Shown here piece by piece: positions 24,527 through 36,276 of a stretch of DNA of 64,000 bases; the stretch's first letter is position 1, and every line of letters begins with the position of its first letter. The stretch covers positions 57,414,001 through 57,478,000 of the forward strand of contig NC_058382.1 in assembly GCF_018350175.1 (NCBI RefSeq), given 5' to 3'. This stretch comes from Felis catus. Lineage: Eukaryota. The position numbers and the translations under genes are program-made. The notes under the pieces were generated by a model. The model was not told the DNA's origin. It saw only the letters and a program-made list of their open reading frames with translations, and did not search any database.

Positions 24527-25014
24527 CCGTGGTTTCTGGACCCACGAATCTGGCTCAGACAGTCCGCCACCCGGTCTCGGACGGAAATCGGGTGACAAAG
24601 GTTTAAGAGACGGGGAGCAGGGCTGGCCCCTTTGGTCTCAAGCTGGAAGTGTCCCCCAACGCACCGTGGCACAGAGGCAGAACGGTCGCGATAGAGATCA
24701 CGCAGCCCGCGGAGCAGAGAACGCACCCTCTCTGCCCTTTACAGAAGACGCACTTCGCAGAGTGCCATACGTCCATCAGACAACCACGGAGAGCCGACCT
24801 GGGCCCGAAGGCCACAGCACCTGCTCTGGAGTTCACGCTGACGGCCACGTCCCGCTCTCACCTTTACTGCCCTCAGAGAGAAGGACCTGGGGGAGGTATC
24901 TGGGCGCTGCTTCTCCGATGACAGAGCGTCAAACAACCCATCGATCTCGGCCTGCTCCGCGGGGAGAAACTGTGAACAAAACCTCGGCCCCGACTGGCTT
25001 CTGCTGTTGCCCAT
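12937..25014 (-). CDS. MEAK7: MEAK7/TLDC1 (TLDc-domain, N-myristoylated lysosomal protein), complete CDS: complement(join(12937..13050,13720..13899,15365..15483,19703..20131,22018..22162,22449..22679,24862..25014)), 456 aa
   Basis: Seven phase-compatible exons total 1371 nt. N-terminal MGNSRS fits the myristoylation pattern. TLDc motifs are present: WDLLFSSELHGHSF, VFGGFAS, CFLFS, YMYLN, GMGG, MEVW. Confidence 0.96.
13495..13715. repeat. Degenerate GA/CpG-rich short tandem repeat (cgcggagagacr-like) in the last MEAK7 intron
   Basis: Repeated gcggagaga/cggaga motifs abut the exon donor. Confidence 0.65.
13720..13899 (-). CDS. MEAK7: MEAK7 coding exon 6 (GMGGQHNYFGLW...EAPGSQQ)
   Basis: Acceptor accccccgcag; donor CAG|gtgagc; 180 nt. 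Confidence 0.96.
15365..15483 (-). CDS. MEAK7: MEAK7 coding exon 5 (GDDRCFLFS...QTIPNGL)
   Basis: Acceptor ctcactttcag; donor CTG|gtaagg; 119 nt. Confidence 0.96.
19703..20131 (-). CDS. MEAK7: MEAK7 coding exon 4 (GSEELPGP...WEVKPQFQ), start of the TLDc domain
   Basis: Acceptor ccctcccctag; donor G|gtgaga; 429 nt. Confidence 0.96.
21085..21960 (+). mobile_element. L1 ORF2 fragment (end of the endonuclease region) with a short inverted piece, in a MEAK7 intron
   Basis: L1 motifs ctcaagtgcacatgg, accacaatggaatgaaatt and aaacttatgggattcagctaaagcagtgcttagagggaa. Confidence 0.8.
22018..22162 (-). CDS. MEAK7: MEAK7 coding exon 3 (FTEDLVGSVVHVL...FSEMELR), ends at a GC donor
   Basis: Acceptor ggtcttgcag; 145 nt; donor CGAG|gcaagt is required to keep frame with the next exon. 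Confidence 0.9.
22449..22679 (-). CDS. MEAK7: MEAK7 coding exon 2 (SHLGEALPPEMVTRLYDGM...AREVQK)
   Basis: Acceptor gtccccaacag; donor AAG|gtagcg; 231 nt. Confidence 0.95.
22710..22927 (-). mobile_element. Young-type CanSINE directly upstream of a MEAK7 acceptor
   Basis: Near-identical to the copies at 26.7, 35.6 and 44.3 kb. Confidence 0.95.
23392..23601 (+). mobile_element. CanSINE
   Basis: Full length. Confidence 0.9.
23931..24136 (+). mobile_element. CanSINE (older type)
   Basis: Head, B-box and tail. Confidence 0.85.
24307..24522 (+). mobile_element. CanSINE with internal deletion and long A tail
   Basis: Head, (CT)n stretch and a ~33-nt A run. Confidence 0.85.
24862..25014 (-). CDS. 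MEAK7: MEAK7 first coding exon (MGNSRSQSG...FSLRAVK); the exon probably begins at 25039 with 25 nt of 5' UTR
   Basis: ATG at 25014; upstream acceptor tcttctgcag; donor AAG|gtgaga. Confidence 0.95.
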
Positions 25015-25571
25015 GTCTCCTTGTATCCGGCAGGATTCTCTGCAGAAGACACCACGGCACAGATCACGTCAGAGAGGTCAAAGCACAGTCGTCACAGAAA
25101 ATCAACGTTGACAATCACACGGTCAGTCAGTCAATGCCGAGTTCGCTGCAAAAAGGGGCTGGAACCCCTCAGAGCTAAGCAACGTTCCAAGGTGGTTCAG
25201 CAACGGAGTCGATGAAAATAAAGTGGGAAAGCCCAACCCCGGGCCCCTGGGTGCCTGGAGCATACTCATGACAGCCGAGCAGTCTGGACCGCGTTATTTG
25301 AAAACACGGTTCTAAGAAAAAAAAGAAAGAAAGAAAACACGGTTCTAAAACTCACTGTCACTGAAAAGGTAGAAAAATCCGTATGTTAATCGAAATACTC
25401 GTATTTTTTAAAACCGGACTTGAAAAAAGTCTGGAAGGCTGGATGATCACACGTATTTGAATCAAAGCAACGCCTTAAAAATACCACCTATAAAGTGACT
25501 GTGGGACTGGACGGGCGTTTCCCTGTGATCCTGGATCTGCCCCCAGCTGGGGGGTCAGAAAAGCAGGGTCA

Positions 25572-25780
25572 GGGCCAGCTGGGTGGCTCAGTCGGTTAAA
25601 CGTCCGACTTCGGCTCAGGTCACGATCTCGCGATTCATGGGTTCGAGCCCCACATTGGGCTCTGTGCTGACAGCTCGGAGCCCGGAGCCTGCTTCGGATC
25701 CTGTCTCCGGCTCTCCCTCCCCAGCACACACACGCTCTCTTTCTCTAAACAAATAAACATTAAAAAAAAAAGAAAGAAAA
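25572..25780 (+). mobile_element. CanSINE
   Basis: Head, B-box and tail. Confidence 0.85.
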
Positions 25781-25938
25781 GCAGAGAGAGGAAGAAAAGC
25801 CTCTCAGGAGGCCAAGTCCTGTGGCTCATTCATTCTGTCCTTCGCCTTCATCTGGAAACCGGTGTTGGTGAAATTGCTTGAGACACAGGCACCGTCTCCC
25901 GCAGCCCAGGAGAGGGGAGCCTCGGGCCAGGTGGAGCC

Positions 25939-26047
25939 CGGGAGGGGGGAGGGGGGGAGAGGGGAAAGGGGAGGGGGGAGGGGGAGGGGGAGGGGGAAGA
26001 GGGGAAAGAGGAGGGGGGAGGGGGAAGAGGGGAGGGGGGAGGGGAGG
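25939..26047 (+). repeat. G/A-only low-complexity tract (GGGGGA-like repeats)
   Basis: About 105 nt of purines with many G runs. Confidence 0.9.
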
Positions 26048-26109
26048 CCACCAAGACCTGGCTGACCTCAAGGGGAAACGGGGTACAGTAGGGATTCTTC
26101 TTCTTTCTT

Positions 26110-27010
26110 TCCTCTGGAGGAGAGATTCACACAACGTGAAACTAACCATTTTCAAGTGACCCAATTTGGTCACTTTGGTCGTGCGACCACCACCTCTACC
26201 CGGGTTCCATCACATTTCCGTCACCCCGAAAGGAAACCTCGTCCCCCTTGGCGCGCACTCCCCGCCCCCTCCCCCAGCCCACGGACGCCCCCTATGGCTG
26301 TCTCCACGGGCGTCCCTGTTCCGGACACTCATGTACGTGCAATGACACAATCTGTGGTCTCTGGGGTCCGGTCTCTTTCCCTCAGCACAGTGTTTTCGAG
26401 GCTCATCCGCACCGTGGCACAGGCCACTACATCATCCCTTCTCACGGTTGAATTACTCTGCTGGGATTCGGTAGACCGCGTTTGGTGTATCCGCGCATCT
26501 GTCCTTGGACATCAGGGCTGCGTTTGCCTTTTGGGGGTCGCGAATGCCGCCGCTACGAACACAGTACACAGATACTTGTTCGAGTCCCCGCTTTCAGATT
26601 TTGGGGGGACACACCTAGGAACCGAGTTGCTGGGCCATACGGTAAACTGATGTTCCATTTCTTTTTAAAATTTTTTTTTTCCAACGTGTATTTATTTTTG
26701 GGACAGAGAGAGACAGAGCATGAACGGGGCAGGGGCAGAGAGAGAGGGAGACACAGAATCGGAAACAGGCTCCAGGCTCCAAGCCATCAGCCCAGAGCCC
26801 GACGCGGGGCTCGAACTCCCGGACCGCGAGATCGTGACCTGGCTGAAGTCGGACGCTTAACCGACTGCGCCACCCAGGCGCCCCCCTATGTTCCATTTCT
26901 GAGGACCCGCCGAACTGTTTGCCATTTTCCACCCCAGCAGCAAAGCAGGAGGGTTGCAATTCCTCCCTATCCTCTCCAAAGCTACTGGTATTTTGGTTTC
27001 CTAACAGCCA
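26110..27010 (-). mobile_element. Ancient L1M 3' fragment interrupted by a SINE
   Basis: Reverse L1M 3' motifs (aaactaaccattttcaagtg; cacacctaggaaccgagttgctgggccatacggtaa). Confidence 0.7.
26663..26887 (-). mobile_element. Young-type CanSINE with 13-bp TSD
   Basis: TSD atgttccatttct at 26650-26662 and 26888-26900. Confidence 0.95.
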
Positions 27011-29115
27011 CCGTGGCAGGGGGACCCATGTGCCCCAAAGAGGACTCCAGTAAGGACTCAGACAGGGACCGCAGCGCGCTTACAAAGGCAGCTGCAAAGG
27101 AGGGCCAGCAGAGCCCAGTCTGGGGCTGTCACTCACAGGCCAGCCGTTCTAAATGCTTCCACTCCTCAAGCTTCTCAGCAGCCCGAGAGCCACCCCCCAC
27201 CCCCAGCCTTTGGGTTCCAAGGCTACTCGGTACTCCTGACCTTCCTAGAACTGGCACCGCCTTAACTGAAATGGAGCACAGGCCCCTCCCTCCCCGGCTC
27301 TGCTCACACTGCCCCCCCCCACCCCCTCCAGGCTCATGCCTGACTTGCCTGCTCAAACCTGGAAGTCACAGAGACTCTGCCCGACAACCACCTGCCTAGC
27401 ACCCGAGCAACCCGGAGCAGGCGGGCAGGATGCCTGTCCGATGCCCGTCACATCCCTGGCCGGCCTCTCGGGTGGACCGGCCCATCCTCCCACTGCCTTG
27501 CGGGCTCCCGTGCGTCTATTCCGGGAAGCCAGCCTGGCCCGAGTACCTCCCGCCCCGGCGGGACTCACTCCCCACCCTACAGCACTCATGGGCCTCTTGG
27601 ATCGGTGCCACGTGCTCTACCCCCACGACCGGTCCCCTGCCCAAGGACAAGCTCCGGGATTCCACCTCTATACCCCACAGTCCGCCAGGGACTCCACACG
27701 CGCAATTCCGTTTGTCGAACTGTCCCGCCTGGAGAAGAAAACAAACTCAGAAGCCACCAGGGAGAGCCACCAGCAAGGATGGGATCCCCAACGGACACCA
27801 CCCCCGGGCCTCTCTTTACCAGTGATGCTATCTGATTGCCCCGCGTTCCAATTCCCCAAATCCTGAGAAAGCCTCCTCCCTGCTCACAGCCAAGGAATCG
27901 CCCTACCAGGGGGAGGCCAGCCTCTTTAAGAGGGACATCTGGAGCTAAAAGCCCACCAACATTTAAACGCCACTCCTCAGAAGTTTCCAAAAGTTCCAGG
28001 TGAGGGAACAGTGTACCTAGAGGCTGTGCCACGAAGGGGCCACAGGCCCCGCCTCCCAGGCCCTTCTTCTTCGTCTAATCCTGCACTAAGTGACTCATCG
28101 TCCCCTGGGCCAGACCCCATCAGAGTGCGGGCAGACACAGAGAAGCCTCAGGCAGGCGCTAGGCTGCAGGAACTTCCCATCACACAGGGACAGACAGACA
28201 AGTGCTGCAGGGGTCAGATGGGATCGAAAGGAGAACACAAGGCAGGAGAAGGACACGAAGGACACGTCCCGGCTGGGTCTCCAGGCTCCCACAGGAGGCT
28301 CCCCTGGGAAGTGGGGACAGTGGGCACAAAGGCGCAGGGGTGCGGACTAAGATCACTGAGGGGAGCCAGCGGGGCTCCGGAGCCGGGGGGGCCCTCCTCG
28401 TCTGCCTCCACTCACCTCTGCCTCCCACCTTCTCCTCTGTCCCACGGGAACACGTCCCTCCACTGTTGTCTGAAAACACAGCAGGACAGAGTGGCCCGGC
28501 CAAATCTCCCAGGGGCCCAACCGGCTGTGAGGGAGGAACAGGGCTGGGCGAGCCGAGCCGGCAACATTGAGGACAGGAGAGGTGTAGACCATCAGCAGGG
28601 GGCCGGGCACAGGCCAGCGCCAGGAGACAATGGGAAAGGCCCAGAAGTAGGGCCAACTGGCAACACAGGTTTTCTTTTGGGGAGGACATCAGCCTCAGAA
28701 CATCCCCCGGTCCCCCATCCCACTGTGCTTGGCGCCGGCCGAGGGCCGGTGAACAGACACATCTGAAACAGTTCCAAGGACGGGCCCCCCTCCTCTGAAA
28801 GAAGGCACAACAACGGCACCAGGTGTCCCCAGGTGTCCCCCAGTTCATCCGGCCTCGCCTAGGTCACTACGATTTTGCCAAGTCTTTCTCACCAACTCTG
28901 GGGAAGAAGTCAAGGCCTTCAATGCGTCCTTCTCCCCAAATACCACCTCCTGAACTGTCTTCCCTGGCAGTGGTTTTCTCGTGGGACCCTCGCGGTACGT
29001 AGGACAGCCTCTTTGCCTGGCAACCCGACGCTGGCCTGAGTCTTGGGTAGGCTCACAGAGACCAAGTTCTCTTTCAGCAGGAAGCACCTGGATGTTACTT
29101 TAAGACCACCTGCAT

Positions 29116-29302
29116 CAGCGGTTCCCATCTGGGGGCCGTTGTGTCCCCTAGGGCACATCTGGCAGTGAGGTCCGGCTGCTGATGCTGACTGACGTCAAGG
29201 GGGTAGAAAGCAGGGGTGCTAAATCTCCTACACCGCACAAGACAGCCCCCCACGACAAATTACCTGTCCCCAAATGCTACAGGGCTGAAGGTGGGAAACT
29301 GG
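29116..29302. mobile_element. MER20-like hAT DNA transposon fossil
   Basis: cagcggttccc...gggaaactg termini and internal MER20-like motifs, recognised from memory. Confidence 0.65.
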
Positions 29303-30399
29303 CCTTGCGGTTTCGGGGCAGTGGGGCGGAGCCCAAGTGCACAGATAATCCTGAATGCTTGCTTCTCAGCTCAAGGGCCTGAGCTCTGAAGTCACGGTAC
29401 AAGCCAAGATGGACAGACCCAAGTTCAAGTTCAGACACTGGCTGGTTTTAGAACTATGGGCAAGTTACTAAGCCTCTTCCCACCTTAGTAAAATGAGGGA
29501 AGTGCTACCAGCCCCATCATGAGGAAGAAACGATTCAATGAGGCAACACGGGGCTTTCTGGGTGCCAGAAATGGAGACAGATGGGCCCAAGCAAGGCAAG
29601 TTTGAGTCCCTCCCCAGGAACAAGTGAAGCAGCCCGGCCTGGAAGCAAGGAACCCCCTCAGCGTTGGGGGACAGCCAGGAGCCGTCTTCCCGCAGAACGG
29701 AGCCGCAGATAGCACGGTCAGTCCTCACAGCCTCCCCCGCCGGCCCCTGTCCTGGGTGCTCTCCCCTCTGGCTGCCAACATCCAGCCCCTGCCTCCAAGG
29801 GGCCACTGTCCTGAGGGCAGTCACCTGGCCCTCAGTGCCCCCTTTCTGGGAAGGCCCCCAACCACCTCATCAGGACATACAGACTTCAAGCCCTGCTTAC
29901 ATCCCAGAACCAGTGGCCCTCTGCGAAGGGTCAGCTCAGGCCTGGGCCCGCCGTCAGGCTGCGCTCAGTCCCTGCTGGCCGGAAGGTGACCTGTCCTGCT
30001 TCCGCCCAAGGCTGGCTTCCCTTCCTCCAGGGAGCCCCACTGGCTTATCTGCAGGGCTGTTAGCCCTGGGACGCTGTTTTTCTCCCCTCTGTGAACTTAG
30101 CCACCAGCTCCACTACTCCCCCCCACCCCACCCCACAGAGCTAGTAAGTTGTGGTCAGAATACAAGATCCCCCACTCCCACCCCCAGTCCAACATAACCA
30201 ACACCCCCCCCCGCCCGTCTCCTTCTCCCATAGATGCTCCCCAGTTCTCCCCGCGTCTATGCCGCCTCTACCACAGCCCTTCCCGAGAGCGGGCCTCAAC
30301 CCAGGGGATCCCGGGGTAAGTAAGCACCTGCTGGGACCCTCTGATCTTAACCACACGAAAGGCAGAAGACGCGGGGTGATTCTGTGCTTCCACTGACCA

Positions 30400-31160
30400 C
30401 GCGGGGAGGCCCTCCCTCCCTCGCAGCTGTCCCCCCAAACCCCCCACCTCTCCCGCCCTGGGGCCCAGAGGAGTGGGCGGCCAGAGAGGGGCAGGGCCCA
30501 AGCCCACTCCGGGCACCGTTCTCTCCCGGGCCCCGGGCCTTCGCCCCAGACCCCTCCCCTGGCTCAGCTGCTCGCTCCGGGCCGCCGGGCCTGCGCCCCC
30601 CGCCCAGCTCCCAGCGGAACCTGCCTTTCAGGTCTCCGGCATGGATTTTCCTCCGGAGCAGCCCGCCCCCGTTGCCAGGCGACAGCTCTGACGGGCAGCT
30701 ATTTGCCCCAATAGCAGACATGGACGCCGAGGGGGCCGAGCCCTGGAAAGAAGTCAGCCAATAGGCATGCACCTCATGGCGCTTCGGCGGGCGGGGCTAG
30801 GGGCGGGGCCAGCAGGCCGGAAGGAGCACCCGGGAGCGGCAGGATTCCCGCGGGAGCGGCTGCAGAGGAGCAGGGAGGGCGGGGAGGAGAGAGAAGGGGC
30901 AGGGTTGGGGCCGGAGGCGACGAGGAGCACCTGGGGGGGAGGGGGGCGTGGGAGAGGCTGGGGTGTGGCTGGGATGAGGGAGTAGCTGGGAGAGTGGGCC
31001 CAGTGGAGACAATGAGGGAAAAGGCAGGTAACTGGCTGCGGATCCAGACCCAGGCGGCTCCCCTGTGATACCCCTAACCCGCAGCTTGGGTGCCACCCCT
31101 CCCCTGCCCTCCCCCAGGTAACCGAGTCCTCTGCGCGCGTTCACTAACTCGTCCTTCCCA
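30400..31160 (-). promoter_or_regulatory. MEAK7: Probable MEAK7 promoter and non-coding first exon region (CpG-island-like)
   Basis: GC- and CpG-rich. Contains GC boxes (30789-30794, 30800-30809), CCAAT boxes (30708-30712, 30758-30762), an ETS-like CCGGAAG (30817-30823) and an X-box-like GTTGCCAGGCGAC (30671-30683). Lies ~5.6 kb upstream of the ATG exon, which has its own acceptor. TSS and exon 1 boundaries not resolved. Confidence 0.7.
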
Positions 31161-33471
31161 GCGGCGTTTAACCGTGCTCATATCCGTTCCAGCCTGACCC
31201 ACTGTCCCTGACCCCACGCCCTTCTCCACCAGTACCCCCACCCCCCTCGCTCCACTCCAGAATGTTTCCAGACTGTTATCCCAACTCGGTCACTTTCCAT
31301 TCCTTCCTCAAACCCCTGAAACCTGGCCCCCGGGGCCCTGTCCCTAAATCCAGCGGGCACTTTCAGTGTTCGCATGCATGCCTTATTAAAGCCCTCCTTT
31401 CTGGGCTTCTAGGGCTTCTAGGTCGCTAGTCCCTGGCCTCTCTCTTCCCCTCTCCCAGGAAGTTTTCACCAAGCCCCTGCTGTCTTCTGCTCTGCGGGAG
31501 TCCCTCTCCGTGTTCTCCCCACGCACCCCTTCCAGAGATAACAGCCTTCCTCGTGACTTCACTTCCCGCTGTCCGCTGTGCTGACCCCCAAGCCTGCACT
31601 TTGACCCCATATGCTCTTAGCTTAGCAGGCATCTCTGCAAGGCTGTGCCTCAAAGCCAGCCCAGCAGAACCCAAACTCAGCCTCTTCCCTCCAAAACTGT
31701 TCCTCCTCTCTACCTCCTTCCTCAATGTGTGTCAACACCTGCCACACCTCCTCGTCCCTCTTTCCCCAGGTTCTGTTTTACCTCCAAGATAGGTCCTGCA
31801 TCGACCCCTTTCCCTCCATGTCCCCCGGAGCCCCCTCACCCAGGCCAGACTTCAGTAACAGCCTCCTCCTGGCCCCTTTGCCTCCTCCAACCCCCGCCCT
31901 ACCCAGTCAAGGGAGCATTTCACTGGCAAATACCTATCTTGCCCCCTAGAGACGGAGAACTAGAATTGCAGGATCAGCTGGGCCACTCATCAGGCCCCAA
32001 TGACAGACACAGACAGATAAAGCCAGCTGATGGTCTTTACTGATCCTAAAATTCACAAGAAACGTTCTTTCTCAAGGACGCGTGTCTGTACCTGTAAAGT
32101 ATCAGAAAGATCCCTTTGAGTCGCGAATGTTTCACTCCAAAAGAACTTAAAACTCCGAAATCATAGATCAGCCCAAACTTTGCTGTTGACGCTCTCTCAG
32201 TGAGAATGAAAACTTCCCGCTCCCGCCCGGAGAATCTGAGTCAACTTTGCCAGATGTCCAACCCAGGCGCCGAGCTCCAGAATGGCTTTGCGGTTCCCGA
32301 GAGAACAGAGCCGCTGCTCCGCTTTGGAGCCCAGACCTGATGCTGGTCCCTTCCCCGTGGCCCTGCTTGGCACCAAGGCCTGCTGCTTTCCAACTGCACC
32401 CAAACCCCACTTTTCCACAAAACCCTCTGAAAGCTCACGCTTTACCTTTGTCAGGGGAGCTGCCCAAAAAGTTCCTGGGGCACTGGGTTCACAAAGCCGC
32501 CTTGTCAGATTGCGGGGTTGGTCCTGGTGGAAGGCCGAGGTCCAAAAGGGCAAAGTGGTCCTGTTCTCTCTCCGGTTCGTAGATGCGCCCCGAACACCTG
32601 CTCCCTGCCGGGCAGCGGGACACAGCTGTGAGCTGGGTCCCTGCTCACAGCGCCCCCTTCTTGATCTCCACTTGCTGAATGAATGCGGGTTGGGGGATGA
32701 TAAAGAGGAAAAACCAAGCACAGTGAGAGGCTGTCGTGAGGCAACAGGTGGGAGAGAAGGGAACACACAGCATGTCTAGGCTTCAGAAGAACTCAGAAGC
32801 CATCTGAACATCCTCCCTTCTTGTGTCAAGGGTCTCCTGCCTTTCCAAGTTCTTTCTGCCCAGCCTTGCCTCCACCCTCCCTACCGCTCACTTACCCCTG
32901 GGCCATTTTCCAGCTGGGAACCCGGCGAGGGGAGTTCTTTCTTGCTTCTAGCCCTGAGGGCTGCACGTGGCTGATGACAACCTATAAAGCACGGTCCCTC
33001 GTGGCACGACTGGTCTGAGCACCAAGGAGAAGGTGTCCAGGAAAAGCAAGTGTCCCAAAGCCCAGCGACACCGGTGAAGGATCCCCACTCTCCAGCTCAT
33101 TCGGGTTAGGTCTGTGCCACCTGCAGCCAAGACAGTGGAAGGATTGGATCCCCCTGTGGTTACGCACACGAGCAGGCTCAGAGGGATAAAAAGCAGACCG
33201 ACTCACGGTTGGTTTGATCGTGTTCCAACCTCAAGAGCCAGGGACACCCCTGCGCCCATTGTCTGCACCGCCCACCCCCACCTCCCCCCCCAGCCCTGGC
33301 TGTGCTTTGGCCTCAGGAAACCCTGCGGTAATATTCACGGTGGCTACACCATGCACAGAGTCAGTCTGCTTACCGTCACCACGAGCTGACAATTCTAAGC
33401 AACATCGGTGATATAACTGTCCTCCGTGAAAAACGCTTTTACTGGTCTAAGCACTAAAGTAGGGGCTCGCT

Positions 33472-33655
33472 GGGCCACCTGGGTGGCTCAGTCGCTTGAG
33501 CGTCCAACTTCAGCTCAGGTCATGATCTCACAGTTCGCGGGTTCGAGCCCCACATCAGCCTCTGTGCTCATGGCTCAGATTCTGTGTCTCCCGCTCGCTC
33601 TGCCTCTCCCCCACTCATGCTGTGTCTCAAAAATAAACATTAAAAAAAAAATTTA
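33472..33655 (+). mobile_element. CanSINE
   Basis: Head, B-box and tail. Confidence 0.85.
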
Positions 33656-33660
33656 AACTA

Positions 33661-34000
33661 AGGGCTAGCTGACTTGCCCTGTGAAAGGCCAGGTAGTAAA
33701 TGTTTTTAGGGATTTCAAGCCATTCAGTCTCTGTCACAACTACTCGATTCCGCGGGCAATGCACAAAACAGCCACAGGCAATACACGAACCATCGAACGT
33801 GGCTGTGTTCGGCTAGGACTTGAATGACGGACACTGAAATTTGAATTTCGTGTAACTCTCGCATGTCATGAAAAATTCTTTTGATTCCCCCTCCCCCCCC
33901 AACCATTGAAAATGTGAAGATCATTCATAGCTCACTGGCTATACAAAAACAAGCAGCCAGCCAGATTTGGCTCACAAGTTAGTACGGTTAACCGTCCTGC
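33661..34000. mobile_element. MER58-like hAT DNA transposon fossil
   Basis: Motifs aaggccaggtagtaaatg, gtctctgtcacaactactc and gccagatttggc. Confidence 0.7.
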
Positions 34001-35429
34001 TTTAGTAATATTTATATAAGCTTGAAATCTGCACATTTGTATGGCATACCCTTTAAAAGCTGGGTGTTTGGGGGAGAACTCCCCTTCGTAGGTCTGGCTC
34101 CCCCAGGGACTCAGCTGTAAGTGCTCATTTCAAGAGTAAGTTTGAAATATCGGGAATTTTCCAAAGTCACTTAGGATGTGGCTTGTGCCCCGGCTTCTCC
34201 TGGGGTACATTTTCTTGTGTTAAAAGAGCGGACTTGAAGGAAACGTTGGAAGCCTACTGATCGCCAACGCCAAGAAACAGACCTTGGGCTACTTTGATGA
34301 GCTCACGCCGCATGACCCCTGGAGCTTTTGTGATTAACAATTCTCAACAACAGAGCAGGCTAAAGGCCTTTGGAGTGAATCCCAAACACACAAAGGCATG
34401 AGCAGTTTTTCCGTTTCTGGAATGTCCTACGTAATGAAATTTGTATCCATCTGGGTCAAACGTAGGCTCGCGTTCGAAGCTTGCCCTATTTGTGGAGCTA
34501 CGTGTCACGAAAGAAGTTTAGGGAGTTAATGAAACAACTACATATACACGATTGACTCAATAATACATGTAGGGGAAGAGGTGAAGCTCCCCTTCAAAAA
34601 AACCCCAATAATTTAGGTAGATGCTCTGTAGTCAAGGAGGTAGAGCCTAACTTGCCTGCACACGGACTTCCTTCCAAAGGGGACAGGATGAACGTGGGAG
34701 CCGGGTTAACCCTACCGTGGAGAAGTCTCACAAAAACGACCTCGGCCACGTGATCAAGGTCAACATCAACGGCGATGAGTTGGGTTGGTGGCACGGGCCC
34801 TTCTGACCAGAGGGCCTCTCTGTTCCACTGCCTGGCACACCCCTGGACTACCCTCCCTCCTGTGGGCTCACATCTCCACTCCAGGGAGAGTTAATCCCTC
34901 CCAGAAGGGGGGATCTTAAGGGCTGTGGAGATGAGGGGAAACCTGAGGGGACTCGCTGGGGGCTGAGGCCGTTTCCCCAGGAGTAAGTGGGGAGCCAGCC
35001 TCTCACCGCAGGACCGGGGCTAGGGGAGTGGCAGTCCCCCCACGGGCTCCAGCCAATGCCCACGTCACACGTGCGTTACCAGAGGTGTAGGCCCGGCAGA
35101 GAAGGGTCTGCTCCTGGCAGTGACCGTCCCACCACCCCGCTGCTCATCAGAGGTGCAGGATCTGGGACAGGATTCAGAATGCAAAGTGGGCACGGCCACC
35201 TGGAGTCACCGGGGTCCAGCAAGGACAGACTGCAGGGGCGTGAGCCCGCCCCGGGGCAGACTGGGAGCCACCAGCCAAAGGCCGGGCAATGCCCAGTCGG
35301 GGGAGTTGCAGCGGGCCAGGAAGGCCTCCAAGGATGCACCGAAGTGGCCCTGAGATCAAGATCAGCTGTGAACACGGGCTGGGCCCAGATGGCCCAAAGC
35401 CAGCTGGCCACAGCGGGGGTCCAAATAGC

Positions 35430-36030
35430 AGGTCCCACCCCCCACCCAAAACATCCACTTTCTAATTTGCGGAACCTGTGAATATGTGCCCTTACTTGGC
35501 AAAAGGGACTCTGCAGATGTGATTAAGGATCTTGAAATGGGGAGAGAACCCTAGACTCTCCAGGTGAGCCCAATGTCATCACAGGTCCTTTTTTTTTTTT
35601 TTTTTTTAATTTTTTTTTCAACGTTTATTTATTTTTTTGGGACACAGAGAGACAGAGCATGAACAGGGGAGGGGCAGAGAGAGAGGGAGACACAGAATCG
35701 GAAACAGGCTCCAGGCTCTGAGCCATCAGCCCAGAGCCCGACGCGGGGCTCGAACTCACCGACCGCGAGATCGTGACCTGGCTGAAGTTGGACGCTTAAC
35801 CGACTGCGCCATCCAGGCGCCCCATCACAGGTCCTTCTAAGAGGGAGACAGGAGGGTCAGAGCCAGACAGGATTTCCAGAAGCCAGAAAAGGCAGGGGAG
35901 AAATTCTCTGGAGCCTCCAGCAAGAACACAGACCTGCTGACATCTTGGTCTCAGACCTGTGACCTCCTGAACCGTAAGGGAGTGAGTTACTGCCACTAAA
36001 GGTGGGGTAGTTTGCTACAGCAGCAACGGG
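35430..36030 (+). mobile_element. MLT1 (MaLR) solo LTR interrupted by a SINE
   Basis: Motif gaacctgtgaatatg...ggcaaaagggactctgcagatgtgattaaggatcttgaaatgggg; ends gtttgctacagcagcaa. Confidence 0.8.
35591..35822 (-). mobile_element. Young-type CanSINE with 14-bp TSD
   Basis: TSD catcacaggtcctt at 35577-35590 and 35823-35836. Confidence 0.95.
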
Positions 36031-36099
36031 GGGTGGGGGGAGCACGGATAACCTCTCCTCCCTCCGTCCCTCAGCTGGGAGCCCGCAGGGGTCAGAAAG

Positions 36100-36276
36100 C
36101 AGGGTGGCCAGAGGTAGCAAATGAAGACACAAGATGCCCAGTTAAATCTGAATTTCAGATCAACAGTCATTGTTTTTGGTAGAGTCCCCAGTGTTGCATG
36201 GGACCTACTACTCACCCTGAAAAGAAATGATCGATACAAATGTTACTGGGCATCCCGGTTTTATCCAGCAACCCTA
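36100..36276. mobile_element. MER53-like palindromic MITE
   Basis: Inverted termini agggtggccag / ccagcaaccct; internal gatgcccagt / actgggcatc inverted pair. Confidence 0.75.

Noticed and set aside
26482..27399. 305-aa ORF
   Set aside because: It reads through L1M and SINE sequence, and the same SINE-derived peptide appears in other ORFs.
34225..34336. Short protein-like reading on the + strand (SGLEGNVGSLLIANAKKQTLGYFDELTPHDPW)
   Set aside because: Only about 35 codons, with a weak acceptor, no partner exons and no recognised homologue.
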